IMG/VR virus record: IMGVR_UViG_3300042914_003164 | Coordinates: 45,691-109,690 of that record | DNA from: a virus | Direction: 5' to 3' (one strand) | DNA: 64,000 nucleotides | Shown here: positions 55,962 to 64,000 of the stretch, in pieces | How the letters are laid out: each line of letters begins with the position of its first letter | How positions within the stretch are numbered: the first letter of the stretch is position 1 | Translations under genes and position numbers: made by a program | Notes under the pieces: generated by a model | Told to the model about the DNA's origin: nothing | The model's input: the letters and a program-made list of their open reading frames with translations, nothing else | The model's database searches: none

Positions 55962-56720
55962 ATGAATCAAGACCATCAGCAGCACCGCGCCACGCCTGAC
56001 CAGTGGCACAATCTTCTGTACCAGCGTCTGAAGCTGAATCGCGTCCCAGATCACATCTCAATCACGCTGGAGCTTGCCTCTCGCATCGAGGCATTGGAGC
56101 TGGCACTACGCATACAATCTGGCAACCTTGCACCTAGCGAACAGGCTGAGCTGGGCGTTGTTCCTGTCTCAAGCCTGAGGGCCGCCATAGATCGCGCTGC
56201 AGTCGAGGCACTTACATCAGCAATGGGTAAACTTCGCACTACCGACGAGGCCCAGTCTACTGGTTTGCTGGAGACCTTAGTGGATGCCATTACGAATAGT
56301 GCAGCCGCCCATGGAACTGCCGACGAGCTTGCCCGCGAAGTCATCCGCGCCTTCGCCGCCTGGCTCCGCACGGGCCGGATGCTGAACGCCGCCGAACTGC
56401 TGGAGCAGGAGGCTGAACGCCGCCGAGCTGCTAGAGCGGGAGGCCGACCGACGACCTCCCCACTCTCGTCATCGGCTCATGCTGTGCTGGATGCCTATCA
56501 GCAAAGAGCGCTAAATAGTCGTGAATGGCAGGACGGAAAAGGCCCGCAACTGAAGCTCGCCGCCGCCCTCTATGCCGCTGCGCATCGCCTGACAAATGAT
56601 CGCCGTCAACTTGCTGCCATCGCTGACGAACTGGAGGGAGTCGATTCGCGCCCACCGGACTCCCCCTACCTGTTTGATACCTCAACAAAGGAGCAAAAGC
56701 CACCACCGCGTCTTACTTGA
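55962..56720 (+). CDS. Modular hypothetical protein
   Basis: QHRATPDQW, LELASRIEALE, EAQS, AREVIR.FAAWL..LEQEA, PLS..AHAVLDA, LAAAL.AA, LAAIADELEG. Confidence 0.7.
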   Translation: MNQDHQQHRATPDQWHNLLYQRLKLNRVPDHISITLELASRIEALELALRIQSGNLAPSEQAELGVVPVSSLRAAIDRAAVEALTSAMGKLRTTDEAQSTGLLETLVDAITNSAAAHGTADELAREVIRAFAAWLRTGRMLNAAELLEQEAERRRAARAGGRPTTSPLSSSAHAVLDAYQQRALNSREWQDGKGPQLKLAAALYAAAHRLTNDRRQLAAIADELEGVDSRPPDSPYLFDTSTKEQKPPPRLT

Positions 56721-56745
56721 CAGCAGCGGCGAAAACCCTTAAAGT
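56717..56745 (+). promoter_or_regulatory. Sigma70-type early promoter
   Basis: TTGACA-17 nt-TAAAGT. Confidence 0.7.
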
Positions 56746-56782
56746 ACCCAAGGCTTAAAACGCCATTCATTCCCATACTCCA

Positions 56783-57547
56783 ATGACTACACCAACTACA
56801 ATCGAGGAACTTCTTGATTACTGGCCCGGAAATATCCCTTTCAAGGGACGCCTTGTAAGTGAAGACGGCTCTTGCATGTGTGCCCAAGGGCAAGCGTTGC
56901 ATTTTATTGGTGGACTAACTGTTGAAGAATTGCGCAATGTCAATCAAGTAGAGGCTGACAAGCGAGTTGCTGAATTGTTTGGCATTAGCCTCACTCATTC
57001 GGTCTTGTTGCGCATTATCAACGACAAACAAGAAGGCGCACCTTCTAGTGTCATTCGCAATCCTGAGCAAATTTTAGGAGATCAAGCACAAGTGGTGCTT
57101 GCTTTTTGGCGGCATCTTGATCGCATGACGCCAGCGGCCTGGGAAGCGGCCAAGGAAGTGGCCATGCGAGCGGACAGGGAAGCGGACAGGGAAGCGGTCG
57201 CGGTCAGGGAAGCGGTCGCGGTCAGGGAAGCGGCCAGGGAAGCGGCTGGGGGAGCGGCCATGTCAGCGGCCTGGGAAACGGCCATGCCAGCGGCCATGCG
57301 AGCGGCTGGGGAAATGCTCAAGGGAGCGGCCAGGAAAGCGGCCTTGGCAGCGGCCGGGGAAGCGGCTAGGGGAGCGGCCTGGGAAGCGGCCATGCGAGCG
57401 GCTGAGGGAGTGGCCTGGGAAGCGGCTGGGGCTTCCAATGAAATCCAAGGTGCATCTGTTATGCGGAAACGAAATCAGCCGTTTTTCTTCCTGCCGCTAT
57501 TTGGATTTGCAAATCCAGAAGCAGTAATTAAAGTATCTAAGGCTTAA
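56783..57547 (+). CDS. Hypothetical protein with AA(W/R/G)E tetrapeptide repeats
   Basis: CMCAQGQ N-terminal domain followed by a low-complexity Ala-rich repeat. Confidence 0.75.
   Translation: MTTPTTIEELLDYWPGNIPFKGRLVSEDGSCMCAQGQALHFIGGLTVEELRNVNQVEADKRVAELFGISLTHSVLLRIINDKQEGAPSSVIRNPEQILGDQAQVVLAFWRHLDRMTPAAWEAAKEVAMRADREADREAVAVREAVAVREAAREAAGGAAMSAAWETAMPAAMRAAGEMLKGAARKAALAAAGEAARGAAWEAAMRAAEGVAWEAAGASNEIQGASVMRKRNQPFFFLPLFGFANPEAVIKVSKA
57133..57432 (+). repeat. Degenerate coding tandem repeat (12-nt unit GCGGCCnGGGAA)
   Basis: About 25 degenerate units visible. Confidence 0.85.
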
Positions 57548-57571
57548 AACACCATTCATCGCGTATCTGTA

Positions 57572-58024
57572 ATGACTGAGTACGATTCCTGGCTTGATAG
57601 CCTGATTCCACAGGGAGCGCCAGACCCGCAACTTGTAGAGCAGGCTGTGCCTCTTGAGCTTGGGGTATTCAACTGGCAGCAATTCACCAAACTCTACAAG
57701 CAAAACAATGTTCCAGACTGGGCTTGGCAAAAGTGCAAGGAAGGCCCTTTCACTACAGCCTATTCAAAGATTGGTTTTGCCATTCATCTTGCAGTTGCAA
57801 GACTTCGCCTTCTCTTTGTCAGGCGATCTAATCGCTGGCATCCTCTTGTTCTCGCCGGTCACACTGCACGTTTCTTCATAGACGAAGACTACGTTGAGGC
57901 CACAACTGAAGTTGAGTCAACCTGGAGGGATGAGTTCAGCCCTTGGTGCGTCAGGGCTGAAGAGGATGAGGATGATCACAGCATCAACATCTATGCCACA
58001 GAATTCACATTAGACGATTATTGA
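57572..58024 (+). CDS. Hypothetical protein
   Basis: 150-aa ORF, acidic C-terminus. Confidence 0.6.
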   Translation: MTEYDSWLDSLIPQGAPDPQLVEQAVPLELGVFNWQQFTKLYKQNNVPDWAWQKCKEGPFTTAYSKIGFAIHLAVARLRLLFVRRSNRWHPLVLAGHTARFFIDEDYVEATTEVESTWRDEFSPWCVRAEEDEDDHSINIYATEFTLDDY

Positions 58025-58066
58025 AAAATCGCCATTCATCACGCTACGAAAGCCATTCATCACGCA

Positions 58067-58633
58067 ATGTACCCACCAAAACTCGCTTTTTATTCCACAA
58101 CACCACAACAGGGGAAGAGCACCGCCTGCAACATTCTTCAGTCAAGGTTTGCTTATTTGCGAGCATCCTTTGCCGATCCTCTCAAGGCAATGACATGGGC
58201 ACTACTTAAGGAGTGCCTGCTGTCAGACGAAGAGATTGAGCGATACATGACAAAGGCAAAGGAGGAGGCTATTGAGCTTGTTGGCGCGAGCTACAGATAT
58301 GTTGCCAGGACACTGGGAACGGAATGGGGCAGAGTCACTATCAAAAAATCTCTCTGGATAGACATTATGCAAAACAAGATCAATGCAGCAAGTACATTGC
58401 CCATGGGCTTCTGCGTTGACGACATGAGATTCCCGAATGAACTTGAGATGCTGAAGCGCAATGGCTTCAAGCTTGTCAAGATTGTTCGGGATACCAAGAG
58501 GGATTTATCACAGGATCAGCACGTTTCTGACACTGCACTAAGAGGCTTTGACGACTTTGACTATGTGATTGACAACAATGGAGGCCATGCCGAGCTAAGC
58601 AAAGCACTTGAGCAGATTGTTATGCACTACTAA
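58067..58633 (+). CDS. Deoxynucleoside monophosphate kinase
   Basis: GKST P-loop, SFADPLK, LGTEWGR, W.D, DDMRFPNE, H.SD, D.VIDNNG. Confidence 0.88.
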   Translation: MYPPKLAFYSTTPQQGKSTACNILQSRFAYLRASFADPLKAMTWALLKECLLSDEEIERYMTKAKEEAIELVGASYRYVARTLGTEWGRVTIKKSLWIDIMQNKINAASTLPMGFCVDDMRFPNELEMLKRNGFKLVKIVRDTKRDLSQDQHVSDTALRGFDDFDYVIDNNGGHAELSKALEQIVMHY

Positions 58634-58635
58634 AC

Positions 58636-58878
58636 ATGGAGCTATCAAACCTTGAAAGGCGTATCCTGCTAGTTTGTATCAAGTTTCTCTATAAAGCAGG
58701 CCCACACTTTGTTTCAATGTTGTGGGAAGGTGACAGTCCGCCAAAGCAACAGGACTGGGAAGACCTTAAAAAACGGATGAAAACACTTTACAAAAAGATC
58801 AAAGAGGGTATTGATGACGGCAAGATCCCAGAGCCTAAGGCTTGCAGAGATCACTTCATTAGACAAAAAAGGGTGTAG
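58636..58878 (+). CDS. Hypothetical protein
   Basis: 80-aa ORF right after the kinase. Confidence 0.55.
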   Translation: MELSNLERRILLVCIKFLYKAGPHFVSMLWEGDSPPKQQDWEDLKKRMKTLYKKIKEGIDDGKIPEPKACRDHFIRQKRV

Positions 58879-59059
58879 GTACGTCTTTACAGCTTCAAGG
58901 CAGAAGATTTGCAGTACGTGCTGCAGACTTCATAGGGAGAGGTTTGCACTTGATGCTGACTGGCTTGTTAAAGCTGATTGCGTAAACTCCACACGTTACC
59001 GGCTGCGCTGCGATCACTGCGGCGCTCCCATCAGCCCAGCGCCAGCCAGCCGCCTGTAA
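58811..59059 (+). CDS. Zn-finger-like small protein
   Basis: CSTC ... CDHCG. Confidence 0.55.
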   Translation: MMTARSQSLRLAEITSLDKKGCRYVFTASRQKICSTCCRLHRERFALDADWLVKADCVNSTRYRLRCDHCGAPISPAPASRL

Positions 59060-59078
59060 CCGCTGCTATTTGCATGGG

Positions 59079-59107
59079 TTGACAGCGGCGAGTCTTGCTG
59101 TTATCCT
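59079..59107 (+). promoter_or_regulatory. Sigma70-type early promoter
   Basis: TTGACA-17 nt (ending TGt)-TATCCT. Confidence 0.65.
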
Positions 59108-59150
59108 GCCTATCAGCGCCGCGTCTGGCGTTCTTTTATCCTAAACGGCA

Positions 59151-59495
59151 ATGCAGACTTTATCGCAAGGGGATCAGACTCTGTTCAAAGAGTCATTACA
59201 TGTTCTCACTATCACAGTTGAAAGTCACAACAGTGAAGCTTGGAATCGGTTGATGTCAGACCTTGAAGCTACATACAAGGCTGCGGCTTCTGATTACGAC
59301 TTCCTGATTCTTGCGTCCGGCCAATGCTCAAAGCTTGTGTCTTTGTACTTTTGGGATGCGTTTCCGATAACTTCTAGCCTAAAGCATGGCGGGACTTCAC
59401 TGCTTTCCGCAAGTCGAACACAGCTGATTGCTGCTGCGTCAACCAGCATCGCAATCAGTGCAATGCAAGAGTTTCAACTTGGTAACTTCCAATGA
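59151..59495 (+). CDS. Hypothetical protein
   Basis: First ORF after the promoter. Confidence 0.55.
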   Translation: MQTLSQGDQTLFKESLHVLTITVESHNSEAWNRLMSDLEATYKAAASDYDFLILASGQCSKLVSLYFWDAFPITSSLKHGGTSLLSASRTQLIAAASTSIAISAMQEFQLGNFQ

Positions 59496-59884
59496 TTGCA
59501 ACTGCAACTTTGAGTCCTGGCGCCGAGAGGCTGCACAAGCAGCTTCCTAGCCTACGCAAAGAACTTTATACTTTGCTGCTTCAGATCAAGAAGGATGCAG
59601 GCTGGCGCTCTCTGCGCAGAGACTTTGCTGACTTTGCCAGTGACGGCCCACCTTACGTTGATGTGACTATTGGCTGCACCTTCAACTGGCAAGAAGGTGA
59701 GATCAGCTGGAATTACCAGACAGGAGACAACAGCTTCACTGGTGGAGCCTATGGCCATACTGAATGGTTTACAACTTCAATCTTGAGCCGCAGCAACTGC
59801 AAAGAGATCGCTGACGATCTGATCTCAGAGATTGAAGGTCGCATTATCGAGCTTGGATCCGGTTACTTTCCGTTTGGTCAGTAG
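59492..59884 (+). CDS. Conserved phage hypothetical protein
   Basis: W.YQTGDNSFTGGAYG motif. Confidence 0.7.
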   Translation: MIATATLSPGAERLHKQLPSLRKELYTLLLQIKKDAGWRSLRRDFADFASDGPPYVDVTIGCTFNWQEGEISWNYQTGDNSFTGGAYGHTEWFTTSILSRSNCKEIADDLISEIEGRIIELGSGYFPFGQ

Positions 59885-59895
59885 GTGTTTTCTCT

Positions 59896-60129
59896 ATGTT
59901 TAATAGACTTTGGACAAAACCCTACTGCGGCGTTTCTCACTTAAGGCAACCCAGTCGAAGGTATCAGTTCACTGTCAATGAACACAAGGATGGCAGTGCC
60001 TATGGCTACATGCTTGACCTTGACTCCGACAGGGCCTTTACAGCCGCTAAAGAGGTTTGGAGTATGAACGCTGCAAGCGCAAGAGGCACGCTTGAAGCGT
60101 GGGCCAGAGAACTAGACCTTATGCGTTAA
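59896..60129 (+). CDS. Hypothetical protein
   Basis: Co-directional packed ORF. Confidence 0.55.
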   Translation: MFNRLWTKPYCGVSHLRQPSRRYQFTVNEHKDGSAYGYMLDLDSDRAFTAAKEVWSMNAASARGTLEAWARELDLMR

Positions 60130-60138
60130 GCGAGGCAA

Positions 60139-60417
60139 ATGGAAAGCCATCCCCATGAGTTTGATGCTGTAGCGATACAGCTAGGCGCTGTGCGCAAGTG
60201 TGTTTACATGACACACCACTGGTCGATACCTTACGAACGAGCGCACTCTGTTCATTACTTTAATAGCAATGGTGATGAACTTTGCTATTTCATCGAAAAC
60301 ATGTCTACGTGGCTTCAGGTGTTTGACACACCTCGTAAATGGGACCCCTGCTTTAAGGAGTCTAAAGATTACATCTGGTACGATCTCGCCCCGGCTACTG
60401 CCGGTGACAACTTATGA
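60139..60417 (+). CDS. Hypothetical protein
   Basis: Co-directional packed ORF. Confidence 0.55.
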   Translation: MESHPHEFDAVAIQLGAVRKCVYMTHHWSIPYERAHSVHYFNSNGDELCYFIENMSTWLQVFDTPRKWDPCFKESKDYIWYDLAPATAGDNL

Positions 60418-60641
60418 CTATCACTTACGAAGACGCACTCAACCTTTCTAAGTTAGCGCTGGCACGCTTCTTCTCTCTCGCTAGCAATGAGACCGAACCA
60501 GCTTTAAGCGACAGAGAAGAAGGGGAGCTGGATGCCTATGTCATGTGGATGCTAAAGGCTCACTTAATAAATCCAAACGCACAGACCGCCCAGCATTTTG
60601 CCCGTGAACACCTAGCCTATGCAGTTGAACACTGTCCTTAG
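60414..60641 (+). CDS. Hypothetical protein
   Basis: ATGA overlap. Confidence 0.55.
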   Translation: MTITYEDALNLSKLALARFFSLASNETEPALSDREEGELDAYVMWMLKAHLINPNAQTAQHFAREHLAYAVEHCP

Positions 60642-60719
60642 CAACTTCTTTTGTCAACTTGTCTTAGGACTTAGAAGTTTTCAGTTCACTATCACAACGC
60701 AACTCCACAGCCTAACGCA

Positions 60720-61154
60720 ATGAACCCTTCCCTGCGACAACTTGCAATTACCTTGTTGTGGTCCGAAAATGACAATTCTACACCTGAAGGTGGCGAGCCG
60801 TTCGATAGAAACTACACGGTCCATGACATTGACAGTGAAAGCCTGAACAAGCTTCACCAGCAGTTTCAAGCTTTCGTCTCAAAGGCTGAAGCCAAGATCA
60901 CAGAGCTTAAAGGTTCTAGCTGGGCCTCCATTGATGAGTTCTACACAGGCTCAGGCACTGGTGGCTTTTACCTTGAGCATGACTACATCATGACCGTGAA
61001 TGGCCATGGTTGTGGATTCTGGGAGAAAAGCGATTGGGAGCCTGAGGTTGGACAGGTCCTGACCAATCTTGCAGAACAGGAGAAAGGGATTCACTGCTTC
61101 ACTGATCATGTAGATCACGGTCAAGACGGTAAAGTTTACATCGAGTTTGGCTGA
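60720..61154 (+). CDS. Conserved phage hypothetical protein
   Basis: LLWS..D...G.P.D and HD...T.NGHG.GFW motif. Confidence 0.7.
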   Translation: MNPSLRQLAITLLWSENDNSTPEGGEPFDRNYTVHDIDSESLNKLHQQFQAFVSKAEAKITELKGSSWASIDEFYTGSGTGGFYLEHDYIMTVNGHGCGFWEKSDWEPEVGQVLTNLAEQEKGIHCFTDHVDHGQDGKVYIEFG

Positions 61155-61408
61155 TGCAAGTTTATCAACTCAGTGAAGCTGGTCGCTCAATGCTGTGGAG
61201 CGACTATCAAGCCTATGGCTATGGACTGCCCGATCTTGTTGTTTGGCACCTGTCCAGGGTATTTGGACCTATCGCACACTGGAGGCAAAACCTTACGCTT
61301 GGCGAACTTGAAGATGCGCATGAGGCTTCTGGTAGGCACATTGCTCACACTTTTGTGACAATTCTTGCACGCCCAGAGCTTGCAGTCCATTACTTCCTTC
61401 GTCCCTAG
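61154..61408 (+). CDS. Hypothetical protein
   Basis: TGATG coupling. Confidence 0.55.
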   Translation: MQVYQLSEAGRSMLWSDYQAYGYGLPDLVVWHLSRVFGPIAHWRQNLTLGELEDAHEASGRHIAHTFVTILARPELAVHYFLRP

Positions 61409-61413
61409 TTAAA

Positions 61414-61812
61414 ATGATTGACCCAAGCCACAGGTTCAAGCTTACAGGCATTGCCCCAGGCGCTGGTCTTGTGCATGTTGAGACAAGCAATGAAGCATCT
61501 TACCTGCATGAACGTGCCACCTTTCTCAAGGCGAAAGGCTACAGAAACCTGTTTATCTCCGCAAACGAAGTGACCTACGCACCCTACGCTTTACCGCATC
61601 CAGACTGGCACTGGGAAGGTGCAATGGCTGGAGCTGATGGCTTCAGTGGCCACGCTTACGTTGCAAACGTTGCACAAGATCCTCAAGGCCAGCTGTGGGT
61701 ATTCACAAGGGCTGGACGCTACAGGGTGCATCGAGAAGAGTTTGCACGCAAGATGATCAGTGCCATGAGGCTGGAAGGTCTACCGCTGACTCTGGATCCT
61801 GCTGAGGACTGA
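61414..61812 (+). CDS. Hypothetical protein
   Basis: 132-aa packed ORF. Confidence 0.6.
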   Translation: MIDPSHRFKLTGIAPGAGLVHVETSNEASYLHERATFLKAKGYRNLFISANEVTYAPYALPHPDWHWEGAMAGADGFSGHAYVANVAQDPQGQLWVFTRAGRYRVHREEFARKMISAMRLEGLPLTLDPAED

Positions 61813-61954
61813 CCCACACCCTACCTGCTCGCCAGCCGCAGCCAGGGGCTTCCCTGCCGGTAGTTCGGAGGCTGTAGCTGGCAACCACACTCCCTGCCCC
61901 TACAGGCTGCTTCCAGCGCCTCCCAGAGGCTGCTCCACCAACGCACTACTTTCA

Positions 61955-62461
61955 ATGCCAAAGCCAAGAGATCCAAGGCAACTCACAAAAAAAGAGACTA
62001 TTGAGAGATTGCAAGAAGCCAAGAACTACCTTGGCAACAAAGAACGCATTGCATACATGCGTCCAGGTGAAGTTCACACGCCCGACCGATACGATCCCGA
62101 GTCAATTGACAGTTGCTACTCCGCACCAAGGCTGCATAAGCTTGCTCTTCGGCGGATGACAAGCGATACCTTGTTGCTGGTGGACTACAACTGGCCGGAT
62201 GATGTCAGATTCAAGAGAGCGCACGCTGCACAGTTCGTTGCTTGGTGCTTTGGCCATGGAGCTGTGATAGGTGAGACTGTATCACTTATCTTTTACTCTT
62301 GGAAGAAGCCAGACTGCAGTGTGATTGCACAGCCCAGGGCCACCAAGTTTGCAACATTGTGGCTTGGCACTTGGCATCATGCACCGATTCTTGTCTGGAC
62401 TGACAAAACCAGAAACGTAAAGGTTGATTCCCTGCCCAAATACTCTGACCTTATTAAATGA
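61955..62461 (+). CDS. Hypothetical protein
   Basis: 168-aa ORF. Confidence 0.6.
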   Translation: MPKPRDPRQLTKKETIERLQEAKNYLGNKERIAYMRPGEVHTPDRYDPESIDSCYSAPRLHKLALRRMTSDTLLLVDYNWPDDVRFKRAHAAQFVAWCFGHGAVIGETVSLIFYSWKKPDCSVIAQPRATKFATLWLGTWHHAPILVWTDKTRNVKVDSLPKYSDLIK

Positions 62462-62985
62462 GAAACTTGCTTCTTGAAGTTCGCAGTGTCCGCCGCTGCG
62501 AAGGTGGTCACACTTGCAATCTTGTAGCCAATGGGCGCAAGGCTGCATTTATTGGTCCTGACATCTTTGAGTGGTCAAGCAATTCAGCAAAGGTTGACGT
62601 TATTGATTGGTTTGCAGCAAAGAAAGAGCTTGGACATGAGACGCCAAAGCCTCAAAAGCTGAGGGAGGGCTGGGAGAATGAGGTTCCCGACTACAAGAAT
62701 GACGACAAAGAGGAAAAAGTGCAGAAGCAGATTCTGAAGTGGGTTGGCTTCCATGTTCAAGCTTATGAGATTAAAGAGCGATGCAAGAGGTGCGTTATTG
62801 CTATTTCATCTTATGCAGAGATTTTCCAGTGGAACGTCTCCCCTCAGTTGCTAAAGCGATACCAGAAAGAAGGCTTTATTGATTCTACTATGCAGATTGC
62901 TAACAACTTGTCAACAGAAGAGATTGTCAAGCTGCTAGAGCAGAGATCAAAGAATGGAGCACCAAATAAGATAGTTGAATCTTAA
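62458..62985 (+). CDS. Hypothetical protein
   Basis: ATGA overlap, 175 aa. Confidence 0.6.
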   Translation: MRNLLLEVRSVRRCEGGHTCNLVANGRKAAFIGPDIFEWSSNSAKVDVIDWFAAKKELGHETPKPQKLREGWENEVPDYKNDDKEEKVQKQILKWVGFHVQAYEIKERCKRCVIAISSYAEIFQWNVSPQLLKRYQKEGFIDSTMQIANNLSTEEIVKLLEQRSKNGAPNKIVES

Positions 62986-63085
62986 AGGTTGCCGTATGGC
63001 CTGACACATGAATTGAAGCTCGCCTATTTTGCAGCAACGGCCAGACATTATTGTTACGGCCTGCAAACTTTGCGGCTTTTTCTGC

Positions 63086-63114
63086 TTGACGGTTTGGGGG
63101 CGCCGTGTTAATGT
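63086..63114 (+). promoter_or_regulatory. Sigma70-type early promoter
   Basis: TTGACG-17 nt (ending TGt)-TAATGT. Confidence 0.6.
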
Positions 63115-63184
63115 AGGCATCGCTGGGGGATCTTGTGCCTCTGGCCTGCCTCAGACTTTACACCTTATTCTCAGAGATCAGACT

Positions 63185-63475
63185 ATGAAGTATCAAGTCA
63201 CAGGCGACACTACGGGACTTTGTGTTGTTGTCACGCAAACGCTAGACCGTAATGGCAATCGCAGAATGACAGCAAAGCACAAGCGTGACAGCGCTACAAC
63301 TTACAAGTGCTCAATGCAAACCGGAGACCCGCTTGAGGTTCTCAGTCTTTGGATGACCAAGTTTACAGGCTGCGGCAAGCTAGTTCCTGGTTTCACTGCT
63401 GACTTTGCAGTTGTCGCTCGTGGCGGAGACCATCAAGGCTACTACTTCATCATCGTTCCCACTAACTACAACTGA
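63185..63475 (+). CDS. Hypothetical protein
   Basis: ATG downstream of the promoter. Confidence 0.6.
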   Translation: MKYQVTGDTTGLCVVVTQTLDRNGNRRMTAKHKRDSATTYKCSMQTGDPLEVLSLWMTKFTGCGKLVPGFTADFAVVARGGDHQGYYFIIVPTNYN

Positions 63476-63476
63476 C

Positions 63477-63668
63477 ATGGACAGCACTTTGCTTCGTGCT
63501 TTTTCCGTAGCTTGTAGTGCGATTGCTACAGGCTGCATTGTAGGCGGTTCTGTAGTGTTCTTTACAGTTCACTATCACAATCGAGTGCTTGAGTGCGAGC
63601 CTCCAGCAGTTCGCAGTTCGTACTCTGTGCCAGTGTTTGGCAATGTTGCAGCTTGCAGGAGGCCATGA
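63477..63668 (+). CDS. Small TM protein
   Basis: Hydrophobic N-terminal helix; ATGA-coupled to the next gene. Confidence 0.5.
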   Translation: MDSTLLRAFSVACSAIATGCIVGGSVVFFTVHYHNRVLECEPPAVRSSYSVPVFGNVAACRRP

Positions 63669-63937
63669 TGACCTTCGATTCTTTCTTTGCTACAGGCAGG
63701 GAGATTGCTTTTGATGACTTCATGGAGTCAGAACTTGCACAGCAAGCCTGCATTGACCGATCTTGGTGGCCAACAGTTGCACCTGTTGGCTTTATACTTT
63801 TTGATGGCCATTGCTGGATTGCAAAGTTTGCAGATGGCGGTTTCTACACCGTGATCGAAAGCCAAGAGTATTTTGATACTCTTGAGAATCTTGCTCGCAA
63901 AGTTTACGAGTGGGACAGGGAGGAGCTTAGAGTATGA
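63665..63937 (+). CDS. Hypothetical protein
   Basis: ATGA overlaps at both ends. Confidence 0.6.
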   Translation: MMTFDSFFATGREIAFDDFMESELAQQACIDRSWWPTVAPVGFILFDGHCWIAKFADGGFYTVIESQEYFDTLENLARKVYEWDREELRV

Positions 63938-64000
63938 GCTTCGCGCAAGTTCAGTCTTTGTTTGCTGAACGTTTTAAGTTTGATGCAAGTGACAGGGAGG

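Larger units (their letters stand above)
56739..57559 (+). repeat. 32-bp imperfect direct repeat (56739-56770, 57528-57559; 29/32) flanking one gene
   Basis: TTAAAGTA(CCC/TCT)AAGGCTTAAAAC(G/A)CCATTCAT. Confidence 0.85.

Noticed and set aside
57133-57432. Possible CRISPR array
   Set aside because: Contiguous degenerate 12-nt coding units with no unique spacers and no cas genes.
60682-63580. Exact 16-mer CAGTTCACTATCACAA at 60682 and 63565
   Set aside because: One copy is intergenic and one is mid-gene; a single 16-nt match is roughly expected by chance in 64 kb.
1-64000. tRNA, rRNA, integrase, IS elements or photosynthesis genes
   Set aside because: No cloverleaf/T-loop in intergenic space and no matching protein motifs recognised; lifestyle (temperate or lytic) cannot be determined from this window.

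Overview
This window is part of a long-tailed (siphovirus-like) phage genome, most likely infecting a picocyanobacterium (Synechococcus/Cyanobium-type sigma factor, ThyX, dCTP deaminase and a cyAbrB-like regulator). All functional calls come from recognising protein motifs by eye; no database search was run. Layout: (1) 1-28.9 kb, + strand late region: 5'-truncated >2,640-aa tape measure with an M23 peptidase, lambda-like tail tip genes, many fibre/decoration genes, a lysis cassette with a GH73+YkuD endolysin, and an Mtd/CLec-fold receptor-binding protein. (2) 29-33 kb, - strand: glycoside hydrolase-like gene, RpoD-like sigma, thyX, dcd. (3) 33.7-40.3 kb: replication/recombination (initiator, DnaB, Sak/Rad52, exonuclease, two SSBs). 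(4) 40.4-64 kb: dense array of small early/accessory genes with HNH, RuvC-like, cyAbrB-like, MazG-like and dNMP kinase genes. Best candidates for something new: (a) a 'module-shuffling' array at 40.6-56.7 kb, where otherwise unrelated genes are built from a shared set of 13-32-nt near-identical coding joints, with visible recombination scars, plus single genes bracketed by direct repeats; (b) a DGR-type variable region with a downstream hairpin but no RT/TR in the window; (c) a -10-only GCTAnnnT motif at a fixed 24-nt spacing before late genes, matching a phage sigma with an altered region 4.2. No tRNA, rRNA, CRISPR, integrase or repressor was seen.
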